Source: Eledone cirrhosa (lineage: Eukaryota). From it: a DNA stretch of 64,000 nt. The stretch is taken from NCBI GenBank assembly GCA_964016885.1, contig OZ024743.1:351230001-351294000 (forward strand), in the 5' to 3' direction. A program made the translations under genes and the position numbers. The notes under the pieces are model-generated. The model saw only the letters and a list, made by a program, of their open reading frames with translations, searched no databases and was not told the DNA's origin. The first letter of the stretch is position 1; every line of letters starts with the position of its first letter. This document shows, piece after piece, positions 25,497 to 38,581 of the stretch.

Positions 25497-28062
25497 TTTA
25501 CAGTTGCATTTATCTTGCTTTATGTTCATACGAGTTATCACCAAGTCACAACCAGTGACCTCAAGAGACAACAAGGTCCGCCATGTTCAAGAAAGAACAT
25601 ACATACTCACACATGCATCTTTAGTGTTTAGACTTGTGATGTACTTATATTGACAGAATCTTCCTTAGTATATGGGCAGTTCCCATTAGTACTATCTTTT
25701 GTATTTCTCCTATACGCGGGTTTCCTGGGATTTGCGATAAGTAATCATTAGACCCCTTAGGTATCATTCCCAGAGCGCCCACAACCACTGGTATTGTTTT
25801 AGTTCTCAATTTCCACATTTTTCCAATTTCTATCTCCAGGTCCTTATACTTGCTCAATTTTTCAAATGTTTTTATAGATACATTCTTGTCTATTGGAACG
25901 GACATATCAATTAGCAGACATACCCTCTTTTTAAAGTCCTTCAATATTATATCAGGTCTAATTGCATCTATTTTTTGGTCTGTTCGGATGCTAAAGTTCC
26001 ACAAGATTGAGATGTGATCTTTTTCAAGTATGGGAGGTGGTTGATGCTCCCACCAATTCTTTTGATGTGGCAGGTCAAAATGCTTACACATTATTCAATG
26101 TATGCATTGTGCAGCTCTGTCATGCCTGTTTAGGTATTCGGTTGGAGCTATAGGACTGCACATTGAAATTATATGGTCAATGGTCTCTGGTTGTTTTTTG
26201 CATACACGGCATAATGGGCTGCATCCATTTTTTATTATGTTGGCTTGGTAATTTTTTGTTGGCAGACACTGATCTTGTGCTGATATAATCAGTCCTTCAG
26301 TCTCCGATTTCAGTCCAGAGGATGCCAACCACTGATGGGTTAAAGTTTTGTCAACATCAGGATTGTTAGCTCGTTCTGGGTATTTTCCATTCAGAGGCTT
26401 TTCTTGCCATTTCTTAGCCAGTTTCTGTAGCAGTTCTTTCTTTGCAGTTACTTTTACCTGCTTTGCTTTTTCTGTGTTTTCCATTTCAGCAGTAAATGGG
26501 TCTTCTGAAATTTGTAGTCCATTACTGTATCTTTGTGCATCTTTTGTAATGGAATATGATCTTTTGATGCTTTCGTGTTTCAAAACGAGTTTGATCATCC
26601 AATCATGTGATTTCCTTAGATATGTAGATAATCCAATTGTTGCAGTTTTCAACGCAATGTCTAACTGGACTAACCCACGTCCTCCTTCTTTCCTAGGGAG
26701 ATATATTCTATCTATATCTGCCTTAGGGTGATGCATTCTGTGCATGGTTAAGAATTTTCGAATTTTTGTATCGAGCCTACGGATCTCTGTACTTGACCAG
26801 TTGATGACATTGTAACTGTAGGTTACTACTGGTATGGCAAGCGTGTTTATGGCATCGATCCTATTCCTTGCATTCAATTCCGTTCTTAAGATTGCTCTTA
26901 CTCTGCGGTAACATTCCTTCCTTATCCTTTCCCTCATTGTCGAGTGCTTGATTCTGTCTCCTTCACAAACACCTAGATATTTTTAAGTTTTTTCTTGATC
27001 AAGTTCTCTTATCACGTTCCCCCGATCAAGATTAATGTCTGAACTCTTCAGCAGCTTTCCTCTGGTGAACGTTGCTTTGACGCATTTATCTAGTCCAAAC
27101 TCCATTTTAATGTCATCACTGAACTGCTCCAGAGTGGATAATAACCCTTGCAATTGTTCATCATTTTTTGCAAATAGTTTCAGGTCATCCATGTAGAACA
27201 AGTGATTAATGGTTTTGTCATAGACTCTATATCCATGTTTTGTTTCATTGAGCATTTTACTTAATGGTATAAGTGCGATGCAGAATAAAAGCGGTGATAA
27301 AGAGTCACCCTGAAAAATTCCACAATTAATATTAACTTCTCCAGCTTCCAGTGATTTTGTTTCACTATTCAAAAGGAGTGTCGTTTTCCATGTCTTTATA
27401 CTGAATGACAAAAACCTCCTGACAACGGGGGATATTTTGAAAATCTCTAAACATTTTTCAATCCAATTGTGTGGCAAACTATCGAATGCTTTTTTATAAT
27501 CTATCCAAGCAATTGATAGATTTTTGTGTCTATTATGACAATCTTCCAGTATCATTTTGTTAACCAAAAGCTGATCCTTACACCCATATGAGCCTCGTTT
27601 ACACCCTTTCTGCTCAATGGGAAATAGGTCATTTGTTATCAGGTGGTCATATGTGTATTCAGTTAGGACTGATGTTAAAATTTTATACATTGTGGTCAAG
27701 CAAGTTATCGGTCTGTAATTTTTGGGATTGTTTGTCTCATCATTCTTCGGAAGCAGGAATGTAATGCCGTTAACTAGCCATGATGGTATCTTTTCTGGCT
27801 CCTTAACTATTTCATTGTAAAGTTGGGCTAACAGCTCATGAGACTCTGTGAAGGCATTTATCCAAAAATTTTGTATTTTGTCTTTTCCTGGGGATTTCCA
27901 TTTGCTGGTTTTTCTTAGAGCCAAGCGCAACTGTTCAACTGTTATGTTTTCCCATATTTGTTCCTCAAGGTGAGTTGTATCTTTCATTTGTCTGTCTATC
28001 CATGGGGCATGTATGTTATGAACTTTTTCTTCGGCCCAGATCTTTTCCCAGAATTCTTGCAC
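25497..28062 (-). mobile_element. 5'-truncated Dong/R4-clade LINE (D2, different subfamily) in (TTA)n
   Basis: ORFs 26983-28062 (NYRPITCL, DYKKAFDS, QGDSLSP, YMDD), 26095-26937 (CRVC..HIISMC, RHD) and 25645-26091 (RPDI..IDMSVP). Confidence 0.95.
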
Positions 28063-28103
<41 letters not shown>

Positions 28104-28107
28104 GTTA

Positions 28108-30549
28108 TTCCTTGAGTCTCAGTCATTGATGTTAGTTAACTGGAAAGTCCGTTGGAATGAATATCAAGCCACTACCTGCAGCCTCAGATATTCAGGACGT
28201 ATCGGGGGGTTCTTGCTGTTCCCAGCAAGCATGCCTTTTGAAGCGTTCCAAAAAGCGTGAAGGGGCCGATTTTCTTTAACCATCCCTGGAAACTTTTGGA
28301 GATAGTCCCCAGTGCGCCTATGACAATCGGGATCACTTTGACTTCATGGCAGTTCCAAATCCTTTTTACCTCCCACTTTAAGTCCTGGTATCGGTTAATT
28401 TTCTCCCTCTCCTTCTCTTGCACTCTCGTGTCGAATGGGCAGGCCACATCCACAATCAGATACGATCTATTTTCTTTGTCCACAACCACCAGGTCAGGTC
28501 TATTGTGTTCCAGTTTCTTGTCCGTCTGTATCCTAAAATCCCACAGCACCTTCACCTGGTCGTTCTCTATCTGGCTTATGCTCATACCACTTCTCAGAAT
28601 GTGGTAAATTGTTTACTTTGCACAGGTGCCAGTGGTTCACCCTGCCCATCACATCATGTCTCCAGCCCTTATAGTGGGTCTGGGCTAGGTGTTTACACTC
28701 GGATACAATGTGAGCCACAGTCTCCTCTCTCTCTCTCCACAGATCCTGTACAGTGGGCTATCCTCCTCCTTGTAAATATTGTGTTTCAATCACTTCGTTT
28801 TGAGGGCCTGCTCCTGCGCAGCCATTAACATTCCTTCTGTAGCCTTTTTAAGGTCTCCTCTTCTCAACCAGTTCCATGTCTGTGGATCTCTAAATTCAGT
28901 TTTCTCAAAGAAGGTACTATGAAGGGATTTTTCCTGAAGGCTGCTCTTTCTCCTTGATGTTATTTCCTCCTTGGACATCCCCTGGCCTATTGTCCCCTCC
29001 TTCAGTACAGTTCTGAGCATTAGTCACGTATTTGTGTAGGTTGTTTTTCTCCATCTGAACACAGTCCTCTATGCTGATAAGACCTCTTCCGCCCTCAGAT
29101 CTCCTTAAGTAGAGTCTATCGACATCACTCCTCTTGTGGAACATGTTGTAGATAGTTAATAACTTCCTAGTCTTCCTATCCATTTCTTTTTGTTCAGCAA
29201 CATTCCATCTCAGAATTCCCGCACTGTACCTAATAATAGACACAGCACGGAATTTACTGCACTTATGGCATTTCTGCTGTTCAGATGTGACTTCAATACG
29301 CTCCTTACTCTCCGAATGTATTCAGTTCTTAACAATTCCTTCATTTTTTTGTTCTTTATGCCATCAGCCTCCAGAACGTCCAAATACTTGTATCCTTCCT
29401 CAGAGTCAATTTCCTTTATCATCTCACCTGTTGGTATCTGGATTCCGTTACTTCTGCTCAACCTACCCCTCCTCATCACAATGACTCCACACTTACTAAT
29501 ACCAAACTGCATACATATATCACTGCTGAAAATACGGACAGTGTCAACAAGCACATCCAACTCCTTCTCACTCTTCCCGAAGAGCTTAAGATCGTCCATG
29601 AAGAGGAGGTGATTGATGGTAAGCCCTCCCTTTCCCAACCTGTATCCTGCTCTCACTTTTCGCAGTACACTGGTCAGGGGCATCAGGGCAAGGACAAACA
29701 GCAGAGGGGACAGGCTATCTCCCTGGAAGATACCTCTCTTGATCTTCACGCTTCCCAAGGATTCTCCAGTTGATGTCAACTCTGTTTCCCAGGACCTCAT
29801 ACTTTTGCCCAACAACTGTCTGATGTTATCTGCCACCTTGAAGATCTCCAGGCTTTTGGTGATCCAAGAATGAGGCACCATGTCAAATGCCTTTCTGTAG
29901 TCTATCCATCCCATGGCAAGATCAGTGTGTCTCCTCCTGCAATTCCCCATTACCATCTTATCAATAAGTAACTGGTCCTTTGTACCACGTGACTTCTTTC
30001 GGCATCCTTTCTGTTCGTCCGGTAACAAGTTGTTTGTGTGGAGGTGATGGTAGATTTCCTCAGACACAATGCTTGTCAACAGTTTCCACATTACGGACAG
30101 ACATGTGATAGGTCTATAGTTGGTAACATCATTACCCTTGATTCGGTCTTTCATTATCAGAACTGTGGTACCTTTTGTCAACCACTCTGGTACCTCACCT
30201 GACATCAAGCAGTCATTGAACATGGTTGTCAGTTTCGGGTGGAGTGATGTTGTATTTTTAATCCAATACCCCTGCACACCATCTGGGCCTGGTGATTTCC
30301 AGTTGGTTAGTTTTTTGGCCTGCCCCTTAAGAGTTTCAACTGTGATACTCAAATCAGTTTGTTGGTGTGCCTGTTCACCGATCTCCTTCTGTACTGTCTC
30401 AATCCACATTGCCTGGTCATTATGTCTAACATCCTGCTCCCATATTCCTCTCCAGAATGTTTTAGTTTGTTCCGCCTCAGGGATCAAGTCGTTGCCTCTT
30501 TCTTTCCCCTCAAGCTGTCCAAACAGCATCTTCTGGTTGTTGTCGAACA
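28108..30549 (-). mobile_element. 5'-truncated Dong/R4-clade LINE (D3, same subfamily as D1) in (TTA)n
   Basis: ORF 29210-30550 with RT motifs (QGDSLSP, FMDD). The 3' part is a near-identical reverse complement of D1. Confidence 0.95.
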
Positions 30550-30589
<40 letters not shown>

Positions 30590-30590
<1 letters not shown>

Positions 30591-30698
30591 GCCCACTTAT
30601 TCCTGAAAGTGTCGTGGGGGTAGTGTCCTCAATGACTCCCAGCGAGTCCTGTCAGAAGCAACCGTCTCCAATTGATCCGGCTTAATCCCAGCTATATC
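30590..30698 (-). mobile_element. ~100-bp 3' end of an RTE-type LINE with (AAT)n tail
   Basis: Translates to IAGIKPDQLETVASDRTRWESL..* (A.DR..W motif typical of RTE C-termini). AGCTATAT occurs at both 25459 and 30691. Confidence 0.55.
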
Positions 30699-30699
30699 C

Positions 30700-31110
30700 A
30701 CTGAGCAATATTCTACATAAAATGGTCGAGAAGTGGTATAATCACATAGCAAATACGGTACATGACAACAACATAACCACAATCATCTAGCATATGCTCA
30801 TTGAACCTGATGAAAGAAATCGAAGAAAACCGTCTAGAGATAATAATCAAAGAGTGAAATAAACAAAAACACATTGTTAGACATCTCAATTTCTTCTGGA
30901 CAAAATATTGCCCGAAAGAAATTGGAAAATGTCAAAATACAAATATTTGTTGGGTATGAAAGTGAATACAATAATTATCAGAGTATTGGGTGTGACAAAA
31001 ATGTATGAACGAAAACATAGAAGCCTTATCAAAGTTCACAACACTATAAACTATCCAAAAATAGCTCTGCTAGGGCTAACCCACATCCTGCGCAAGACAT
31101 CATTGATTTA
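30700..31110 (+). pseudogene. Old R4/Dong relic, 3' part
   Basis: KWYNH...ENRLEIIIK...SKYKYL...KIALLGLTHILRK, homologous to the D2 C-terminus. Confidence 0.7.
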
Positions 31111-31249
31111 GTAACACGGTACAAATAGAACATTCTTCCCATATACAACGCACCCTATACAATGAGTAACTAATAAAATAATAGAATACAACATACAGAA
31201 CATATACTCTAGCAGATTAGTACCCAATAAAATAGAAGCCATAACGAAA

Positions 31250-31620
31250 TACACGTCCCAATATTTTGTAACGATCCCACTTTATATGAGTCAACAGGTG
31301 ACCATAGTTAGAGTCACCAACGTGCTGCCTCACAAGGGCCAGGTCATAGGAGTGATATTCGTAAAAGGGCACGAGAAGGTTATGAGACTTAAGCCCACCC
31401 CAACAGAATTGGTAGCAATCATCAATGGATCATTGGTGCTAGTTTCATCTGAAGATCTTGAGGGGGTTCTTGAATAGTTCTACTTCAAAGGGAGTGAGCA
31501 ATGAAGCATATAGATCAAGGAGAAGAAGCCAAACTTATACACATGCGGGTGAACGTACTACTTTAGAGCTTTCTTCTTTGTGGCTACCAGCACACTAACT
31601 TAGACACCACAACAACAATA
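31250..31620 (+). pseudogene. Degenerate Tx1-type ORF1 relic
   Basis: VTIVRVTNV.. and KEKKPNLYTCG*TYYFRAF align by eye to RIARVRIPRI and EGKRPHCFLCGETTHLRAF of element A ORF1. Confidence 0.45.
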
Positions 31621-33214
31621 AAATCCGCAGTAACGAAAGCATCTATAGCCAGAGGAGAATAAGCAACAGTAACAAGAGTAAAAACAACCAGCTAAACCTT
31701 ATTTAGAAAAACATGCCTCAAAAGAAGCACATGGTAAAGTGTCCTTTCAGTAAAATAACATTCAAACAGATTCGAACACACAGGGACCACTACAAGTACA
31801 GACACTCATGACCTCCATAGACTTTGATTATTTAAATGGGGAAGATGTTGAGAGCGACAAGAGCGTATCTTAAAACAAGAAAGCGGTCGAAAAAAAAAGA
31901 AGAGTGCGATAGAGGAGAACAGCGTTCTGAATCTCAAGACTTTGGCTAAGTCCAATAACATCCAAATATAAAAAGTCAATCATAAAGATCTGACAATTGA
32001 ACATGAACAGTAACGAAAAAAATACACATGAAGAGCTGATTCAACAGCAAGGACAGAAACATCATAACAACAACAAACACAGCACACACTTTAGGCAATC
32101 ATCTACAATAATCACACATCAAATACAAAATGCAATTACTATCTAACAAAATAACACAACTCTTATTGCACAACAAAATAACGAAACAATAGAATAACAC
32201 CAGCAACACCAAGACTGATAGAGCATCGAAACACATTTTAACACTAGCAAATAACAATGCTGCACGCATCTCGGAAATGACAGTGCACTTAATACTGCAG
32301 TAGAAACCCGCATGAAATCATCACAAACAAACTTTTTGTGATCATTATAATAACAATATGTATATTTTCTGAGATATACCTAATTCTTGTTTCAAGAAGG
32401 GAAACTCTTGATATATTTTTCAAGCTATGAATAATGAAGATGGTAATAATAGAGTTGTTGAAGCGCGTCTATGTGAAAGAGCACTTAAATTTAGTGATTA
32501 GAAATAGTAAATGCTACTGGAGTAAAGATAAAATATTGATTGTAGCAGCGAGAGTGTGTACTTTGATGAGATCATTTATTGGTGCAGTGAATGGAGATTT
32601 GTAGATCGAAGCAGCAGCTGCAGCTTATGTGTCGACTGTATTTTAAGAAGTCAACTAGTGACATGGCATATCACAAGGCCTCCGACGGTACTGAATTGTC
32701 AATTACATGAAAAATCCCGTTCATCTCTACGGCATCTGACACTTGAGTTTAATATTATATGACAGTATGATCCTCTCCAATCATACGTTAACTCTATGAA
32801 ACGTTAGTTGTACGATTTTTTTCTAATGTAGAATCGTATCTGTCAATGCTGACACCATCTCATTCAAATGTTTACTCGAGCCAACAAGGCAGCTTCTATG
32901 TAATTGTTCGACTTACTAGAAATAGGAGCTAAATATTCCTCATGTCACAATGTTCTATGTTTATTTGACTTCAACAGTACTAGTAACAATAACTGCTTCA
33001 TAAGGACTGATCTGGAGCTAAACAATAAAACAACAATAACAAAAATATTACCAACAGCTATAACAATACTATGAACCAACGAGGGAATCTCAACATGGTC
33101 CCCCGTCATGATAAAATAGGAGTAAAATCTCTTTTAAATCACACTCTATTGTCTTAGAAAGGACACATTGAATATCATAGTTCAAGACACAATGTCTGAA
33201 ATAATTGTTCATAC

Positions 33215-33390
33215 ATTTGGAAGAAGGTCACAATTTGAGGGGAAGGGGAAAGTCGATTAAATCGACCCCAGTGTGTTACTAGTACTTTATTTCATCGACC
33301 CTGTAAGGCAAAGCTAACCTCGGTGGAATTGGAACTCATGTCACAAAGCATGTTTTCCGACGCTCTACCAATACTATCACTCCAGCGCTC
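33215..33390 (-). mobile_element. Degenerate S1-related SINE
   Basis: GTACTTTATTTCATCGACCC..GGCAAAGCTAACCTCGGTGGAATTGGAACTC. Confidence 0.65.
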
Positions 33391-33472
33391 TCACAATCTC
33401 TGATATAATAAATGCCTTCGCCTTTAAGTCTGCTCGATTAAAGTCGATCTTGAGCTAAATAACAACTGAAAT

Positions 33473-33473
<1 letters not shown>

Positions 33474-33522
<49 letters not shown>

Positions 33523-33730
33523 CAACAACAACAGCAACAACATCAAAATCAACAGTAACACTAATAACATCAACTGAACGACAATAATAACAACAACGAC
33601 AACAACAAAAACAACAAAACAAAAATCAACGGTAACAACTGAAACTAGAAGACTACCAATAACTACCGACAACAGCAATAACAAGACTAATATGTAGAGG
33701 CAAAACAACAACACAATGCCAAAACAACAA
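33474..33730. repeat. (CAG)n/(CAA)n microsatellite with degenerate extension
   Basis: Direct reading. Confidence 0.95.
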
Positions 33731-33881
33731 CACAATGCCAAATATCTCCTAAAATTTGGTGAAAAGCCAAAATAAAATATTTCATTTTTTTTCCTTTTAT
33801 TTGGTTTCCATTGGTTTCCACCGCCGTATCTGTAAGGGTTTTCGTCGTCAAATATCAATTCACCTAGCTTATACGCTTTGA

Positions 33882-33998
33882 TCTCTCTCTTTCTCACTCT
33901 CTCTCTATCTATCTATCTTTCTTTCTCTGTCTATCTATCTATCTTTCTCTTTATCTATCTATCTATCTCTATCTCTCTCTCTCTCTCTTTCTATCTTT

Positions 33999-34065
<67 letters not shown>

Positions 34066-34148
34066 CCTATCTCTCTCTCTTTCTCTCTTTTTCACTCTCT
34101 CTCTTTCTCTCTACTTTTTCCTCTCTCTCTTTCTCAGTTTGTCTATGT

Positions 34149-34207
<59 letters not shown>

Positions 34208-34208
34208 C

Positions 34209-34238
<30 letters not shown>
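33882..34238. repeat. (TC)n/(TCTA)n/(TA)n compound microsatellite
   Basis: Direct reading. Confidence 0.97.
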
Positions 34239-34239
<1 letters not shown>

Positions 34240-34943
34240 CACACACGTCTGTCTGTCTGTGTGACTGTCTGAACGATTTGGTATTGATAATAACGTTTAT
34301 TTTACCATCTACCTGTCTGTAATCTATCTATCAACTTATCTATTTACACGTGTCTCTCCCTCCTTCTCGCCCCCCCCCCCCCTCTCTCCCTCTTCCATAT
34401 GTATATGTGTGTGTATGTATATATATATATGTATGTGCATGTATATATTTATGTGCATGTCTGTATTACATATGTATATGTGTGTGTGTAAGTATGTGTG
34501 TACTTATGTATGTATTACGTACGCACCTATATTTGTAGGTTTGTACTTATGTATGAATGAATGTATATCGATCTTTACTCGCTATCTAAATATTTATCTA
34601 TGTATTTATCTAACTGGTTGTCTGAGAGTTTATGTATCAATATCTGGCAATCTATCTATACGTCTATCTCTTCATCCAAAAAATATTTATTTATTTATAG
34701 AGTTTATCTCTCCTTCTGCTTCTCACCCAACTCCTTGCCTTAATTTTTAATACTTTTCAGTTGCCATTAGTCATCTATTAACTATACACATATTATGTCT
34801 GCGTGTATGTAAGGAAGAATGTATGCATGCATGCATGTGTTTTTGTATGTAGGAGTATGTTTGAAAATGCATGTTTTCATCGAGATGTTATGAATTGTTA
34901 TTTCATTTAAGAGGCATATGTTTCAAAGAAACCTCTTATTAAT

Positions 34944-35068
34944 TTATCTATATAAGCAGCTTAGATATTGGTTCGTCTATATTTCGTATAAGGGAGGAAA
35001 GCATATGATGCTTTCTTCCCTTACGCAAAAAGTGGATAAACCAATAATTAAGCTGTTTATATAAATAA
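34944..35068. repeat. Imperfect 125-bp hairpin
   Basis: 61-bp ungapped arms around a 3-nt loop at 35005-35007. Confidence 0.85.
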
Positions 35069-35592
35069 GTATAAATGTGTCAACCGCAATAGTAAGAGTT
35101 CCACATCTCATGATAATGGTTGTGATGTGGTGTATTCACAAACGTTGCTCTAAAAAAAAACATCATAAAACCAATTAGAAAACACGCGCATGCACACACA
35201 TACGAAATATGACTGATACTGAAAAGAAAATGCTAACAGAAAATTCAGATATTTTTTTTTTTTTAATATCTAATCCTTTAGCCCTAAAAGAGAAGAGCAT
35301 CAATACACACAGCCCTTACAAGGTTCTTCAGACTATTGAAGTCATGTCAGTTGATGTTCAGCTTTGACATTTTCAAATTTGTGATTAGAGAGAAGATATG
35401 ACCGCAGATTGCAGTTTTGGGAAATGGTTATATTTGGCTCAGTGTTTAATCGGGGTTTGATGGGTTTCCAGACACTGTCGACGCATTGTGAGAGCTTCGG
35501 CTGTGTTAATATTGGTTAGTTTGGAAGTACATTGACTGTTGAAGTAAATGGTAGATGAGATATAGAAAATAAAGTAGTATTAGTAGTAGTAT

Positions 35593-35640
<48 letters not shown>

Positions 35641-36498
35641 ATGCTGATGTTTTCGCTCTTGTTTACTTGCGGGCTATGCTAAATGACCAATGATGTCCCA
35701 GCTATGACTATCTTATTTTTTGCTTTCAGATACTGCGTCTCTAAAACCGCATTATACAATATTTTGACTTTTTTAAATGACAATGTATAGTTTACAGGAA
35801 TGTTTGGCTCTTATTTCTATCAGCTCAAGCTATCGTATAGAGATGTCTTTGTTGGGTCAGACTAATGGTTGTTGGGGAGGAGCCAAGTTTTGCTTATCAA
35901 TTGGTTAACTTGCTTTACTTTTTTCATTTGGAAGGTGTGATTAAAATTGTTAGTGTGTAATGCAGGATTAACTCACATGTAGAGAACAACCCCTGAACGC
36001 CATTGAATTAGTATGCAAAATGATTGAGTATTCCATAGACATGTGAACACTTAACATACTTCTCAAGTGATAACAAGACTAAACATTTGAGTTATAGGTA
36101 CAGTCAATTCAACGGGCTTCCATGCTATTCCCGTCTATTGAATTTCCAATACAAGACTTGGCGCAATACAAGATTATAGTTAAATAAATCAATTACCTAA
36201 GATGGCACACAGTTGGAACCTTAGAGTTGCAAAACAAACCACTTAACTACTCAGCTATTCCAGCATCCATAAGTCCCAAGTAGTAATTTAATTCAATGCC
36301 TTGTAGATAGGATCAGGGATTTTCAGAGGTGAAATCCTTTTTGGTATTGAAAAAAGATAATAGCGTTTGGTCTCTAGTCTTTTGTAAAGTTAGAAAGGTG
36401 CAGTCACTGTGCCATATCACTATGATTGATATTTGATCACTCAAACACAGACATGTATGTGTATATATGTGTGTGTGGGGGGGGGCTGAATGTGTGTA

Positions 36499-36581
<83 letters not shown>

Positions 36582-36730
36582 ATACTTTGGGAGGGTCATG
36601 TTGCCAATAAGAAACACACGCACCAGTTGCTTTCACTTCAATTTATTATAATAAATTTATAATAAATTTATAAATTTATAAATTTCTGGTTGGTTGGTTG
36701 GTTCCACAACCAGATAGTTGTTTATATATT

Positions 36731-36773
36731 GTCATAGTTCTTTCGTCACACACTCTGTGACCTCTTCAGTGAC
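36731..36773 (-). ncRNA. Minimal hammerhead ribozyme (Penelope 3' repeat)
   Basis: Mirror of 39572-39614. Confidence 0.75.
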
Positions 36774-36974
36774 TGGGGATTCCTTTCTTTGTTACTGCGC
36801 CTCTCCTTTGTTCTGTCCTACGCCATTTTGTTTTTGTGTGTGTGTTGTGTGCTCAGTCTGCGCATGCGCCACATCCGGGTGTCTGTGTGTGTTTATGTTC
36901 ATTTATTTATTTGTTTATTTACATGTTACTGGTTGGTTGTTTGTTCTATGTGTGTGTGTGTTTTCATTTTGTCC

Positions 36975-38567
36975 TTAATTGTAAGTTGTGATGTTGCTGT
37001 TCCACTCATATTTTCTATTTAATTTTGGTTGTAATTCTTTTATGTTTATTGCCTCTGTAATTTGTCTAAACATTGCGTCTTTTCTGTGTGTAGATTCTAT
37101 TTTTATTTCTATGTTCTCTAATTTACCCTTGTGTTCTATTTTAGCATGTTGGTAGAGTACAGATGATTCTTTACTATCTTGAAGGTCTCGCCAGTGTTCA
37201 TTTATCCGTTCCCCTACACTACGAGCTGTCTCACCTATGTACACTATATTTTTGTCTCTACATTGTCCTTCGGTACATCTTATGCTATACACTACATTTC
37301 TAGTTTTACAGTTAATATGGGGGCTTATTTTACAGGTTATACATTTCTTATCTATACATGAGGGTCTTTGAAAAGGGTATGTCTTGCTAATGAGTGTTTT
37401 TACGGAGGTACCTGGTCTTTCTACTATCGTAATATTGAGTTAATGTTTATTTAGGGCCCTTCTAAATTTGTAAGCTAATTCACCTCTAGGGGTTGTATCG
37501 ATGAACATTACACTCTGGTATTTATTGCTATCATACCATGAGTTTATTCTATTAGCCTTGTTCCTAGTTCTTTCTATTCTATTCCAAAATTTGCTCCTAT
37601 ACAAGGGGCAGGTCCCATTTATGTCATTATTTACCATTTTTTCCCATTTGGTTCTGGCTCCTCTATACACTCTGATTTTATCTCTCTGATTGTAGCCAGA
37701 GAACTGCATACGGTGGATGAAGTGTTGTATGTGTCTCTCTAGTTCTTCGGGGTTGCACATGCGGGACACGTTTCTCATCACCCGTACCAAATCCGCAATC
37801 AGTATGTTGATTTTGGTATGGTCCGAAACGGCCGAGTTTCGGTGGATCAGATGTTTGGAAGTCATGGGTTTGGCATAATGGGAATGGAGGATTTGTTTTT
37901 TATTATTAATGGTATCTAACCAGAGCTCTGTGTCTAGTACAGGTAATCGATGGTTGGGGTGTTTACTTGGGTAGTCTATAGTAACTCTAATGCTCTGGTG
38001 GATGGAGTTAGCTATTTGCTGGATGCTTTCCATTGTGCTTTTCTCTAGTTCTTTACTGTTCTCTAGTGGGGGTGTCTTAACTACGATGTTTATATCATCA
38101 ACATAGCGGGAGTACATTATCAGGGTTAAGGGGTCTTCTAATTGTTCTTTAAGTTTAAGTTTAAGTCTACTGTCCCACCATACCATGAATAAGTTAGCTA
38201 TGTCGCCTGCAATGCTAACACCAATGGCTGCTCCTTCCTCTTGGGCATAGGTTTTTCCATTAAATTTGAACATATGTTCCTTAAGGGTTAGTTTTATGCT
38301 GGCCCCTACCGCATGTGCAATCATTTTCTTCAGTTCATCGTGGTTTTCGGGTGTCCGTATGGCTCTGGTCCACCCGTTCCATCTATCTGTGTGGGTTTTC
38401 TTGGCCATTAAGGTAATGGTAGGTGCTCTGCCTCTTGCTGGTCTTGTAGGGCACAGGTTGCTAAGGTCATATGTGTCTAGGTAATTATTACTATAGGTAA
38501 GTTTAAGTAGGAGTCCCAGCTCACTGGTATCAATCCCACGGAACTCAACATTGCTCTCACTGATCAT
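36975..38567 (-). pseudogene. Penelope RT-GIY-YIG ORF with a premature stop at 37440
   Basis: ALNKH* here versus ALDKHKLNIK in the 6659-7489 copy. Confidence 0.9.
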
Positions 38568-38581
38568 TTCTACGCATTTCT

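Larger units (their letters stand above)
36577..38581 (-). mobile_element. Penelope-like element, left arm
   Basis: ORF 37440-38567 is RT (GAAIGVSIAGDIANLF, RYVDD). ORF 36975-37292 is GIY-YIG. 3' end in (TA)n. Confidence 0.95.

Noticed and set aside
23750-30815. CTGANGA matches at 23752, 23768 and 30807 (also 11886, 15868, 52919)
   Set aside because: No flanking stems or properly placed GAAA; most lie within coding sequence.
33424-33897. 157-aa hydrophobic ORF resembling a membrane protein
   Set aside because: Mostly the antisense of (CAG)/(CAA) repeats and starts inside a (GA)n tract.
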